This document shows, in pieces, positions 28,533 to 38,555 of a DNA stretch of 47,770 nucleotides. Each line of letters begins with the position of its first letter. Position 1 is the stretch's first letter. The position numbers and the translations under genes were made by a program. The notes below the pieces were generated by a model. The model worked only from the letters and a program-made list of their open reading frames with translations. It had not been told where the DNA came from and ran no database searches. This DNA comes from Gammaproteobacteria bacterium. GTDB taxonomy: Bacteria; Pseudomonadota; Gammaproteobacteria; Legionellales; Legionellaceae. Where the stretch lies: NCBI GenBank assembly GCA_010030245.1, contig RGPR01000001.1, forward strand, positions 1-47,770, given 5' to 3'.

Positions 28533-28929
28533 TCCATTTCAAACAAACCAGGGTCAATGCCGCCGTCAATCCACATAAAACCCCACCCCACGCCCAATCA
28601 ACCAAGCCCATGAATAAGGGGAAGGTTTTGAATAGTGAATAACAGGTTAAATCATATATCCCATAAACCACCCAACCAAAAATAGCCGATTGCCAAATGG
28701 CTTGCCAAGAACTGATTTTGGCATAACTTAAGCCGTAGTAGTTAAGACCAAATACCAAGAGCACATAGACCATAAAAGCAGCAGGCCAAATGGGCAATAA
28801 TTTACCCGCCTCAAGCCTCATCATACTCGAATATGCTGCGTAATAATGCGCTTTTGCGACAAGCGTTAACCATAGGCCATCCAACAGCATCATGATCATA
28901 CAACTCAATACCACCTGAATCATTAACAT
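28510..28929 (-). CDS. DUF2177-family membrane protein
   Basis: LD.LWL, A.+VY, YG.YDLT and D..WG motifs; AAGGAG RBS before ATG 28929. Confidence 0.85.
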   Translation of the reverse strand: MLMIQVVLSCMIMMLLDGLWLTLVAKAHYYAAYSSMMRLEAGKLLPIWPAAFMVYVLLVFGLNYYGLSYAKISSWQAIWQSAIFGWVVYGIYDLTCYSLFKTFPLFMGLVDWAWGGVLCGLTAALTLVCLKWISPLITG

Positions 28930-29035
28930 TATTTTCTCCTTTTTGCTTATCCTAAACCTAATACAAGAGAAAAAAAAGATGAAGAATTTAAAAAAAAAGG
29001 CTATCATAAATTCTTTTTGAAAAATAAGTTTTTTT

Positions 29036-30820
29036 ATGGAATTTCAACAGCTAAGCCCACAGCACTTACTTCAGGCCATTATTTCAGGCTGTGAAAATTT
29101 AAAACAAGCCCGAAAAAAATTAAATGAAATTAATTTTTTCCCTGTTGCTGATGGTGATACTGGCGATAATATGGCAGCAACCGCAGCCGCCATTATCGAA
29201 AATGCAAGTGTTCAATCCACCATGCATGAAACCTTAGAATCCGTGGCCAATGCCAGTATTCTAGGCGCTCGTGGCAACTCAGGTATGCTATTCTCATCAT
29301 TCTTCAATGGCCTCTACCAAGCTTATTCTAAAACACATAGCTTAACGACGAATCAATTCAGTGACATGCTCCAAAAAGCTGCTAGTCAGGTCCGACAGAG
29401 TCTAATCGACCCCATGGAAGGCACTTTACTGACGGTAGTTGATAGTTGGGCCAAGCTTATCCATGCAAAATCCAAAGAATATACAAATTTCAAAACCCTA
29501 TGCCATGATATCTTACATCCTCTGCATGAAGCTTTACATCAACACTGCCAATATACGCATAAAAATGACGAAAAAGTATTAGATGCGGGTGCGCTTGGTT
29601 TTTATCACTTTGTTGAAGGTTTTTCAAAAGCCTTAGGTGAGCATCAAACTTATACACCCATTCAGACTGAGAGCATTGAGGATTTTTCAATACCCAATCA
29701 AGACCACCAATTTTCAACAAATCCACCCCATAATCGCTATTGTACTGAAGCACTATTGAGAGATGCACTCATCTCCCCCTTGCAATTACAACAACATTTA
29801 CAAGGCTTTGGTGATAGCATCGTGGTCACCGGTCACCAACATTTACAGCGCTTCCATATTCATACCAATGCACCACAAAAAATCTTTGACTCTTTACTAA
29901 ATCTCGGACGTCTTGCGAATCCAAAAGTAGATGATATGCAGCGTCAATTTGATTGCCATATCTGTAAACCCAATCGAATTGCGTTATTAACCGACTCAAG
30001 CGCTGATCTTCCTGTCGATATCATGGATAAACATCAAATTCATTTACTCCCGATTAATATCCATATAGGGCATCACCACTTACTTGATCCCTATAGTATT
30101 GACCCTGCGCATTTTTACCAGAATATTAAGAAAAATCCAGACTATCCAACAACATCAGCTCCAAACCCACTGCAAATTAAAAATAAGTTTAGGGAATTGA
30201 GTCAACGTCACCAAGATGTCATCATGGTGTCTGTTGCAGAAAAATTATCAAGCACCTATGCCTGTGCAACCAATATTGCTAAAGAATTTAACGGTATACG
30301 TGTGCTCAATTCAAAACTCACCTCAGCAGCGCAAAGCCTACTGGTCTATCAAGCTGCAGAACTTATTGCCAATCCCCTACTGGAGGCAGATGCCATTGTT
30401 CAAGAACTTCAAGCTTCGAGCAGTAAAATTGTATTCTTTGTCTTGATCCATAAATTAGATGCCCTCATGCGCTCTGGACGAGTTGACAAAATAAGCGGTA
30501 CTTTTGCCAATTGGGCACGTGTAAAACCCATTTTACGCTTAAACGATGAAGGCCGAGGCAGCATGTACAGCAAAGCATTGACTACCAATAAAGGCTTTCA
30601 ACAACTGTTAAAAGCCATCGATCAAGAAGCTATTCTTCGACAAACTAAACTCAAACATTTTGCCATTGTCCATGCTGGACAAGATGAACAAGCAGCGAAT
30701 TTAGCACAAGCTGCCTCTGATCACTATCAACAAGATGCCCTTTATATTGGTCCTGTATCAGCGGCTATTGGACTTCATGCGGGTGCTGGTTGTATTGGTA
30801 TTGCAGCGATGTTTGAATGA
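29036..30820 (+). CDS. Fused DAK2 (FakA-like) and DegV (FakB-like) fatty acid kinase
   Basis: N-terminal NFFPVADGDTGDNM, GARGNSG, EGTLLTV, DAGA, YCTE, GDSIVV, HIHTN and KVDDM; C-terminal DegV TDSSADL, PTTSAP, LSSTY, SGR and GLHAG. Confidence 0.9.
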   Translation: MEFQQLSPQHLLQAIISGCENLKQARKKLNEINFFPVADGDTGDNMAATAAAIIENASVQSTMHETLESVANASILGARGNSGMLFSSFFNGLYQAYSKTHSLTTNQFSDMLQKAASQVRQSLIDPMEGTLLTVVDSWAKLIHAKSKEYTNFKTLCHDILHPLHEALHQHCQYTHKNDEKVLDAGALGFYHFVEGFSKALGEHQTYTPIQTESIEDFSIPNQDHQFSTNPPHNRYCTEALLRDALISPLQLQQHLQGFGDSIVVTGHQHLQRFHIHTNAPQKIFDSLLNLGRLANPKVDDMQRQFDCHICKPNRIALLTDSSADLPVDIMDKHQIHLLPINIHIGHHHLLDPYSIDPAHFYQNIKKNPDYPTTSAPNPLQIKNKFRELSQRHQDVIMVSVAEKLSSTYACATNIAKEFNGIRVLNSKLTSAAQSLLVYQAAELIANPLLEADAIVQELQASSSKIVFFVLIHKLDALMRSGRVDKISGTFANWARVKPILRLNDEGRGSMYSKALTTNKGFQQLLKAIDQEAILRQTKLKHFAIVHAGQDEQAANLAQAASDHYQQDALYIGPVSAAIGLHAGAGCIGIAAMFE

Positions 30821-31563
30821 TGCTGAAGCCACTGTTAATCAATCTAATCTTTGCCCATACCCTGATGTTTGGGGTGTGGTTGATTTACAAATATCAAAAA
30901 ATACCGATGATTGCCGATGTCTTTTGGTCCATTGGGATTGCGGCACAAGCATTCATATATTGCTTTTATGCCCACTGCTATCCGCTCTTGTTCATATTGC
31001 TACTCATCTGGGCCTTGCGACTATCAAGCTTTCTCTACTTTACGCGCTTCAAAAAACAACATCTAGACCCACGCTATCAATCAATTGAACAGAATAGTTC
31101 GCAAAAACCTGAACTTTTCTTCTTAGTCAATTTCCAAATTCAGGCTTTTTTACAATGTTTAGTGGCCTCAGTTTGGTTTTTTCTATGCCAAACCTCCATC
31201 CCGCTATTGTTGACCTGCATCAGTGCGTTAATCATTATTACCGGGCTTTGCATTGAAATCCATGCAGACAGAAGTTTAGAGCGCTTTAAACAACATGGAA
31301 AAGGTGTATGCCAATTGGGTCTGTGGCGTTATAGCAGACATCCCAATTATTTTGGAGAACTGTTAATTTGGTTTGGCTTTGCCATCGCTGCCAGTCATTT
31401 TCTTGGCTTTATTTCTCCACTTGTACTGCTTTTGATTATGCGTTTTATCACCGCCCCTTTAAGCGAAAAACTAAGTCTTCAGCATAAAGGTAAGCTTTAT
31501 GCTGAATATCAAAAAGTCACACCCATGATATTGCCATATAAAATATTCTTTGCTAAATTTTAA
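30817..31563 (+). CDS. DUF1295 family (steroid 5-alpha-reductase-like) membrane protein
   Basis: ADVFW, WALRL, DPRY, GLWRYSRHPNYFGE and Y.EYQ..TP motifs; start overlaps the upstream stop. Confidence 0.9.
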   Translation: MMLKPLLINLIFAHTLMFGVWLIYKYQKIPMIADVFWSIGIAAQAFIYCFYAHCYPLLFILLLIWALRLSSFLYFTRFKKQHLDPRYQSIEQNSSQKPELFFLVNFQIQAFLQCLVASVWFFLCQTSIPLLLTCISALIIITGLCIEIHADRSLERFKQHGKGVCQLGLWRYSRHPNYFGELLIWFGFAIAASHFLGFISPLVLLLIMRFITAPLSEKLSLQHKGKLYAEYQKVTPMILPYKIFFAKF

Positions 31564-32239
31564 CTCGGGGTTTAAGGCTGCTTAAGCCCCCATCTACAGC
31601 AAGCACTTGTCCTGTTATCCAATTATTTTCGGGATCAAGAAAAAAAGATATGGCATTCACCACATCCTGAATTTGACCAATCCGACCTAATGGATGCATG
31701 GCTTCAGATGCTTTTTTAAACACTTCACTATTGAGCAAACCTTGAGTTAGACGCGTTTGCACAAGCCCAGGACAAATCACATTGAAACGCAGATCACGAT
31801 GGGCATAGGTTGCTGCAGCAGATCGTGCCAAACCAATAATGCCTGCTTTTGCAGCAGCAATGGCTTCATGATTGGCAAGACCAATTTCGGCTGCTGCCGA
31901 AGAAATGAACACCATACTTGCATGTTGCAGATGAGCACCTGCTGCTGCAACGACTGCAAATGAACTGGTCAGAGAGGCATGAATCGCGGCCATATACTCA
32001 TCATAACTGGTTAAATGCGCCGGTTTTAATAACAATGAGCCCGCACAATTCACCACGCCATCCACTGGACCAATTTCAGCAAACAATGCATTTACCGCTG
32101 CAAAATCACAAAGTTCAAGCTGATGATCACAACCCTTTTGTCTTGAAGTCGTAATAAGCTCATGGTCTTGAGCTTGCAATTTATGATAAAGACCTTGCCC
32201 AATATCACTGCTTGCCGCCAAGATAAGGTAACGTGCCAT
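31553..32239 (-). CDS. Short-chain dehydrogenase/reductase
   Basis: Rossmann start ILAASSDIG, NCAGS, ISSAA, AIAAAKAG (catalytic Tyr position not Tyr), N.ICPGLV.T and WITGQVLAVDGG. Confidence 0.9.
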   Translation of the reverse strand: MARYLILAASSDIGQGLYHKLQAQDHELITTSRQKGCDHQLELCDFAAVNALFAEIGPVDGVVNCAGSLLLKPAHLTSYDEYMAAIHASLTSSFAVVAAAGAHLQHASMVFISSAAAEIGLANHEAIAAAKAGIIGLARSAAATYAHRDLRFNVICPGLVQTRLTQGLLNSEVFKKASEAMHPLGRIGQIQDVVNAISFFLDPENNWITGQVLAVDGGLSSLKPRVKI

Positions 32240-32674
32240 GTGAAATCCTTATTGATCATTCAAATCTTACTATAACTTGGCTACTTGAAAAAAAGAAGTC
32301 ACATTTAAAGGTTATGCAGCAATTTATTACAATTATCAACCATGACAATTGATGGCTTTCGTTCTCATGACTTCAGTAGTACAAATGATAATTAACCACT
32401 TGATGAGGTCCTAATGGGATAGGTTTTTGACAAGCCTAAAGCAATATACGCTATCAAAAACATCATCAGTAAACATGAATGATTTGCTCAACATCACTTT
32501 AGAGAACTTCGGGGAGCATATTCTGACTATCCCTTATTTCAAAGAGATATGAATTGCTAACCAAGCCAGATGTCTTAAATTTAAATCAAAAAATAATTTT
32601 TTATATCAAAAAGATATTTTTTTATTCAATATGGTGTATAATTAAATCATTAACCCAAAGCTTGAGAAAATAAA

Positions 32675-33517
32675 ATGCCGCATTCTGACTTTTTCCGATC
32701 ACATCTAAGCGCTGAAAAGTTCGATGAAAAATCTAAAAAATTGGCATTGCTACAAGAGATAAAAAATAAACTGCAAGAATTTCCTTCGGACAACATCATA
32801 ACTCCTGACCTTTTTAACACAACTCAATGGATTGAAAAATACAGCGCTGCTATTAGAACAACAATGGTTCCACTTTTAGATTTGGATATAGTCTCGCTTA
32901 GTCGCCTAGGTCAAATATTAGTATTGATCGATTTGGTCAACGATAACTCTAAATCCATTATAGAACATCCTTTATTGAGGGAACCAGTATCAGTAGTGCA
33001 CATTGTGGCGGCAGTAACCAACTTAATCGCAACAAATTCAAAGCCTAATCTATCAAAGGAACGCCAAGAACAATATGACCGATTTATAACAAAAACTTTA
33101 AAGATAATAAGCCACCCCAGCGTAGCTAAACTTGACGATAAAAGGTTAAAAGAAATCTACCAATTGGTTAGTATTGCAAATAGATTATTAGTTCCTAATC
33201 CTGCACAATTAACTGAAAATGAAAAGCTTTCTTTACAACAAGAAATAAGTAAAAAGAAGGATATGTATAAGTACCCAATCTTAGGATTTTTAGCATTAGC
33301 GCTATATGCTACTTGTTCAGCATTAGCAGGTGTTGCGCCTATTCTCATCCTTGTTGCTGCTGTTGCAATTGGTGCTGGCTTAGGTCTCACTTATAAAAGT
33401 GTAACAAGAAATGATTCAGATCTCTCTCATGAATTACAAAGCTTATGTTTATCATCATCTGATCCAAGCGCTGATAATGTCCAAAGATATGGTTTAGCGT
33501 TCAATCAAGGGCTATGA
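32675..33517 (+). CDS. Orphan helical protein with C-terminal transmembrane hairpin (effector-like)
   Basis: 280 aa; soluble helical N-terminus, then a ~40-aa hydrophobic stretch (PILGFLALALY...GAGLGL) and a Ser-rich tail; stands alone in AT-rich flanks. Confidence 0.75.
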   Translation: MPHSDFFRSHLSAEKFDEKSKKLALLQEIKNKLQEFPSDNIITPDLFNTTQWIEKYSAAIRTTMVPLLDLDIVSLSRLGQILVLIDLVNDNSKSIIEHPLLREPVSVVHIVAAVTNLIATNSKPNLSKERQEQYDRFITKTLKIISHPSVAKLDDKRLKEIYQLVSIANRLLVPNPAQLTENEKLSLQQEISKKKDMYKYPILGFLALALYATCSALAGVAPILILVAAVAIGAGLGLTYKSVTRNDSDLSHELQSLCLSSSDPSADNVQRYGLAFNQGL

Positions 33518-33933
33518 TGATAACTAAATTTTGAGAAATATTTAATTTATCCGATGACAACATATTCATGCAGTTACAGCAAAAATAACATCATCCACCA
33601 CTCTTTATTTGCCTTAAAACAAGGCATCTTTTAAAAAAATACTACCATTATTCAAAAGATTTTCCTGCTTTGCTCAAAATTAAGACCACTCACATAACTG
33701 TTATATTTCAAACAATAAGATCTTTTTTGTTTTTTTTGTGCTAAACATAAATGATTCAGATCTTTCTGTGGAATGAGGTGACTTACAATCAGCTTATCCC
33801 CCAGCCCCCACTCCCTAGATCACTGTAGAGTCCTATTCGTGTATTTTGAATATTATTTAACCTAAGTTTGAAGGGATTTGGCAAGACTATGAAAAAGAGT
33901 TAAAATAGGTCAAATTTTTAATATGCGCTGTGT

Positions 33934-35691
33934 ATGTCTAACTCCAGTCTTAAACCTAAACTATCTAAACGAATACTTAATCTACTTCGCCCCTTCTGGA
34001 AGATGGCCTTGCTTGGGGTCATTGCCAATATCTTCTATGCAGGTATTGATGCGACTTTTACCTATTTTATGAAACCTTTTTTAGATAAAAGCTTTGTTAA
34101 AGTTGATGTCGACTTTGTTTACCAGATCCCATGGATAGTCCTCGTTGGCATCACGCTTAGAGGTTTTATGGGCGGATTTGGTGGTTACTGTATGACGCAT
34201 GTTTCGCGCTCCATGGTGAATAGCTTAAGGCAAGAAGTCTTTCAAAAATTCTTGCATTTACCTGCACCGGTATTAGACTCAACACCATCAGGCCAACTAC
34301 TCTCAAAACTCCTTTACGATGTGGAACAAGTTGCTCAAGTCAGCGCTGACGCCATCACTGATATTGTCCAAAACACCTGTTTAATCATTGGGTTATTTAG
34401 TGTAATGCTCCTGGTTTCTTGGCAGTTGACCGCTATTTTCATGTTTGCAGTCCCTGCCATCGCCTTTATTGTTCGTTATACAACCAAACGAATTCGCCGT
34501 ATTAGCCGGCAAGTGCAACAATCCATGGGGCAGGTCACTGAAATGGCTAGTGAAAGCATTGACGGATTTCGGGAAATTCGGATGTTTCAAACCCAAGACT
34601 TTGTTAGTAAAAAATTCAATACCGCCGCTGAATCAGCGAAACGTCATGACTTAAAAGCGGCCATGAGCAAAGCACTGAATGTCTTCGGTGTCCAGGTCAT
34701 ATTGGCGATTGCCATGACGGTGATTATTCTCTCCGCCATTGAATTGGCTAAAATGGTCACCATCACAGCAGGTAGCTTTCTAGCCATTACCGCCGCAGGC
34801 ATCCAATTGATAAAACCGATGAAAACCTTAACCAATCTCAATGCAAGTCTGCAACGTGGTATTGCAGGGGCTGAGAGCATTTTTAATTTGCTCGATATCC
34901 CAGAAGAACCCTCAGGCCAAGCTGGTTCAGCGCAAATTGCAAAAGGTGACATTGTATTCAAGGATGTATCTTTTGCTTATCAAGATGAACAATGGATACT
35001 ACATGATTTCAATATGCATATCCCTGCCGGACAAACCATTGCGCTAGTTGGTGCTTCAGGTAGTGGCAAATCAACCTTAATTAATTTACTGCCACGTTTT
35101 TATGAGCTGCAAGCTGGTGATATTTTACTCGATGGACGCTCGATTAAAGCGTGGCCAATCAATAACCTTCGCGCTCAGTTTTCGATGGTCAGCCAACATG
35201 TCACCTTATTCAACGATAGCATCATCAATAACATTGCCTATGGCCAAGAACACCCTAATCGAGACGCCGTGATTGATGCCATCAAACAAGCTGATGCCTT
35301 TGATTTTATTGAAAAACTGCCACAAGGCCTTGATACCCTTATCGGTGAAAATGGTTTCAATCTATCAGGTGGGCAGCGTCAACGCTTAGCCCTTGCCCGA
35401 GCCATCTATAAGAATTCACCTATTTTTATCCTCGATGAAGCAACCGCAGCACTTGATAATCAAACCGAACAACACATCCAACAAGCCTTGGAAAAATTTC
35501 ACCACCAACGCAGCATGATCATCATTGCACACCGGCTGTCCAGTATTCAATTTGCAGACCAAATTTTTGTAATGCATCATGGTAAAATTATTGAACAAGG
35601 CAGTCATCATGATCTACTAAACAAACAGGGCCATTACAGTAAGCTTTATCATGCACAACACTATGAACAAATTGACACAATTCCTGTATAA
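33934..35691 (+). CDS. msbA: Lipid A export ABC transporter MsbA
   Basis: TMD with YDVEQVA; NBD with GASGSGKST, LSGGQRQRLALARA and ILDEAT; lpxK directly downstream. Confidence 0.96.
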   Translation: MSNSSLKPKLSKRILNLLRPFWKMALLGVIANIFYAGIDATFTYFMKPFLDKSFVKVDVDFVYQIPWIVLVGITLRGFMGGFGGYCMTHVSRSMVNSLRQEVFQKFLHLPAPVLDSTPSGQLLSKLLYDVEQVAQVSADAITDIVQNTCLIIGLFSVMLLVSWQLTAIFMFAVPAIAFIVRYTTKRIRRISRQVQQSMGQVTEMASESIDGFREIRMFQTQDFVSKKFNTAAESAKRHDLKAAMSKALNVFGVQVILAIAMTVIILSAIELAKMVTITAGSFLAITAAGIQLIKPMKTLTNLNASLQRGIAGAESIFNLLDIPEEPSGQAGSAQIAKGDIVFKDVSFAYQDEQWILHDFNMHIPAGQTIALVGASGSGKSTLINLLPRFYELQAGDILLDGRSIKAWPINNLRAQFSMVSQHVTLFNDSIINNIAYGQEHPNRDAVIDAIKQADAFDFIEKLPQGLDTLIGENGFNLSGGQRQRLALARAIYKNSPIFILDEATAALDNQTEQHIQQALEKFHHQRSMIIIAHRLSSIQFADQIFVMHHGKIIEQGSHHDLLNKQGHYSKLYHAQHYEQIDTIPV

Positions 35692-36667
35692 AGAATGGTA
35701 TCACAAGCCAAAGCCTTCTGGGCTACTTCGTCTATGCTCAGCAGTTTATCGCCCGATTAATAAGCTGCTGCTGCAACAATCCCGCAAAAAACGTCCAAGC
35801 CACTTCCCTATCCCCGTGATTGTTGTCGGTAATTTAACTGTCGGCGGGACTGGTAAAACACCCACAGTCATCGCACTATACGAATACTTCAGTCAAAGGG
35901 GACTAAAAGCCGCCATCGTCACCCGCGCTTATAAAAACACCCTGCAACACTTCCCCCATCAGGTGAGCGCGCAAGACACCGCCTCAACGATTGGGGATGA
36001 AGCCTTGCTGCTTTATCAAAAAACCAAAGCACCCATTTGGATTGCTAAAAAAAGGCTTGAAGCACTTAAAGCTATTCAACAATTAGCGCAAATTGATATC
36101 ATCATCAGTGATGACGGACTGCAACATCTTGCCATGCCCAGAGCACTTGAATGCGTGTTAATTGATGGCACCCATGGTTTTGGTAATGGCTATTGCTTAC
36201 CTGCGGGGCCTTTACGCGAAGACATTTCACGTTTAGCAACCGTTGATTTCATTATCATCAATGGATCATGCAAGCCTTCCCTTGAAACAATATTGTCGCC
36301 CTATCTCAATGATTGCCATCTGATGCAACTAAATAGTAACGATATTTACCCGCTCAACCCAGAGCATCCACCCTTTCAAAAAAATCAGTACTCACTCGCT
36401 GCTTTTGCAGGAATTGGACATCCTGATCGCTTTTTTACAAGTTTAAGCAAAGATGATATACTGTTTACGCCCTATCCATTTCAAGATCATCATCATTTTG
36501 TCAAAAAAGATTTTGATATCCCAGAAACCTGCATTATCATGACGGAAAAGGACGCGGTGAAATGTCGTGGTTTAACAGATAAAGTCATTTATGTGTTACC
36601 TGTAAAGGCTGTTTTACCTGAAATATTTTGGCAAAAACTTCATTTGAAATTGAGTAATATTTTATGA
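35663..36667 (+). CDS. lpxK: Tetraacyldisaccharide 4'-kinase
   Basis: VGNLTVGGTGKTP, GDEA, SDDGLQH, LPAGPLRE, AGIGHP.RFF and TEKDAVK. Confidence 0.97.
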   Translation: MNKLTQFLYKEWYHKPKPSGLLRLCSAVYRPINKLLLQQSRKKRPSHFPIPVIVVGNLTVGGTGKTPTVIALYEYFSQRGLKAAIVTRAYKNTLQHFPHQVSAQDTASTIGDEALLLYQKTKAPIWIAKKRLEALKAIQQLAQIDIIISDDGLQHLAMPRALECVLIDGTHGFGNGYCLPAGPLREDISRLATVDFIIINGSCKPSLETILSPYLNDCHLMQLNSNDIYPLNPEHPPFQKNQYSLAAFAGIGHPDRFFTSLSKDDILFTPYPFQDHHHFVKKDFDIPETCIIMTEKDAVKCRGLTDKVIYVLPVKAVLPEIFWQKLHLKLSNIL

Positions 36668-37674
36668 TTACAAGTATGATTTCTTCTATCTTAGGCATGT
36701 TTCTGTTGTTTTTTAGTCATATTGGCTACTGCGAAACACCCAATATTCCTCGTTTTCTTGAACTACAAGGCCATCATCATAATAGCTGGGCAGTCAATGG
36801 AATACTGCAAAATGAACAACAAGATGCCTATGGTTTTTTATTTAAAATCGAACGGTTTAAGCATTATTATCATGCCTCTGCTGCGATTTATGATCTCAAT
36901 AATCACCAAATATTATGGCATCAAGAAGCCCTAAGCAACCCTAATCAAGCTTTAATAGAAAAAATTGGGCCATTTTTCTGGCATTATAGCGCCATTAACT
37001 CAAGCTTAATTATTGGCTATCAAGATGATAAGCGGCAAATTTTTAATCTTAAGTTCGACTTGCTTGAACCAACAACGGTATATCATACCCTCCAACCAAC
37101 AGCAGATCTTAAAATAAAAGAATTTTGGTCAGGTTCGATCAATGGACATATTAATATCTCGCATGAAGAATTTGTCAATAGTAGCAACGCGTGGATTCAA
37201 AACCTAAGCCAAGATCATGATACCCATAAACCACATGCCATTCATGAATTACTGTGTAAGTTTCAAGATGGACAATCTTTATTTGCCCTACAAATTCCAG
37301 AAAAAAATGCCTTAAAAGCATCGATTACCAGTCTTTATAATGCCAATGGCGAAAAACAATTGGTTTCTCAATTTCTCAACCTTAAACGATCAAATGCTCA
37401 AGATTATCGCTTAGAATTGCACCATAACAAAAATCCATTGCACATACATGCTATTTTGGCAACTACAGATTATGATATTTTGCATGCCGAAGACACTGAA
37501 ACACATAATCAAGGCTTTTGTGTGTATCTGCAAAATCCTTGGGAATTGCTTGCTAAAGAAGAAACACTCGCTCTCCCCACCCCTAAAAAATTAAGTTTCC
37601 TTGAGAAAACCATTGCACTTGGTAAAAAACCCTTTAAAATGCCTTTTTTCTTGAAAAATAAGATGACATCATGA
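36664..37674 (+). CDS. Hypothetical exported beta-rich protein (possibly AttH/lipocalin-like)
   Basis: Signal-peptide-like N-terminus; [20 protein letters not shown] loosely resembles the AttH/CrtC N-terminal motif; 4-nt overlaps with both lpxK and ttcA. Confidence 0.6.
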   Translation: MITSMISSILGMFLLFFSHIGYCETPNIPRFLELQGHHHNSWAVNGILQNEQQDAYGFLFKIERFKHYYHASAAIYDLNNHQILWHQEALSNPNQALIEKIGPFFWHYSAINSSLIIGYQDDKRQIFNLKFDLLEPTTVYHTLQPTADLKIKEFWSGSINGHINISHEEFVNSSNAWIQNLSQDHDTHKPHAIHELLCKFQDGQSLFALQIPEKNALKASITSLYNANGEKQLVSQFLNLKRSNAQDYRLELHHNKNPLHIHAILATTDYDILHAEDTETHNQGFCVYLQNPWELLAKEETLALPTPKKLSFLEKTIALGKKPFKMPFFLKNKMTS

Positions 37675-38495
37675 CTCAATTTACAGCTATTGAAAAAAAA
37701 ATATTACATTACACTGGTAAAGCCATCGGCGATTACCAAATGATCCAGCGTCATGATAAAGTCATGGTGTGTTTATCTGGTGGTAAAGACTCTTTTACCA
37801 TGCTCAGCATGTTAAAACATTTACAAAGTCGTGCGAAGCATTCTTTTGAACTCCATGCATTTACGCTCGATCAAGCCCAACCTGGTTGGGATGATTCTAA
37901 ACTTAGAGCCTGGCTAGAAGAACGTCGTATCGACTATACCATTTTATCACGTGATACTTATAGTATTGTGAAGGAAAAAATACCTGAGGGCCAAACCTAT
38001 TGCTCGCTGTGTTCAAGACTTCGTCGGGGTATTATTTATCGCTATGCCGAAGAGCATGGTTTTAACAAAATTGCTCTTGGCCATCACCGCGATGATTTGA
38101 TTCGAAGCTTAATGATGTCAATTTTATACAATGGATCAATCAGTGGTATGCCGCCAAAGCTACGTAGTGACAACGGCAAACATATTGTGATTCGTCCGTT
38201 GTGCTATGTGCAAGAAAAAAATATTATTCAATATGCCCAGGAACAAGCCTATCCAATTATCCCCTGCAACTTATGTGGCTCCCAAGAAAATTTGGCGCGC
38301 AAAAAAGTTGCTAAATTAATTGATAGTCTTGCAGAGGAAAATCCTAAAATACCAAGTAATATTTTACATGCATTACAAAATGTCAAACCTAGCCAGCTGA
38401 TGGATAAACGTCAATTTGATTTTAAAGGCTTAGAAAAATTAAATGACAATGAGCTTGAGTTTGAACTTGAAGAGCTCAGTGCAGCAGAAGACTAG
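37671..38495 (+). CDS. ttcA: tRNA 2-thiocytidine(32) synthetase
   Basis: [33 protein letters not shown] and [13 protein letters not shown]. Confidence 0.97.
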   Translation: MTQFTAIEKKILHYTGKAIGDYQMIQRHDKVMVCLSGGKDSFTMLSMLKHLQSRAKHSFELHAFTLDQAQPGWDDSKLRAWLEERRIDYTILSRDTYSIVKEKIPEGQTYCSLCSRLRRGIIYRYAEEHGFNKIALGHHRDDLIRSLMMSILYNGSISGMPPKLRSDNGKHIVIRPLCYVQEKNIIQYAQEQAYPIIPCNLCGSQENLARKKVAKLIDSLAEENPKIPSNILHALQNVKPSQLMDKRQFDFKGLEKLNDNELEFELEELSAAED

Positions 38496-38555
38496 TTAAC
38501 ATTTGCTCTAAAATAAGATAAAATGGCTTTATAGTCACAATGAGAATATGCTTTT

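Noticed and set aside
32342..32560. Possible pseudogene (MTIDGFRSHD...) in the long spacer between the SDR and the orphan
   Set aside because: Three internal stops in 73 codons is about what random AT-rich DNA gives, and no family is recognisable.
33798..33816. C-rich run (G-rich on the minus strand) as a G-quadruplex or sRNA
   Set aside because: Only three G-tracts; better explained as Pro codons of the decayed paralog.
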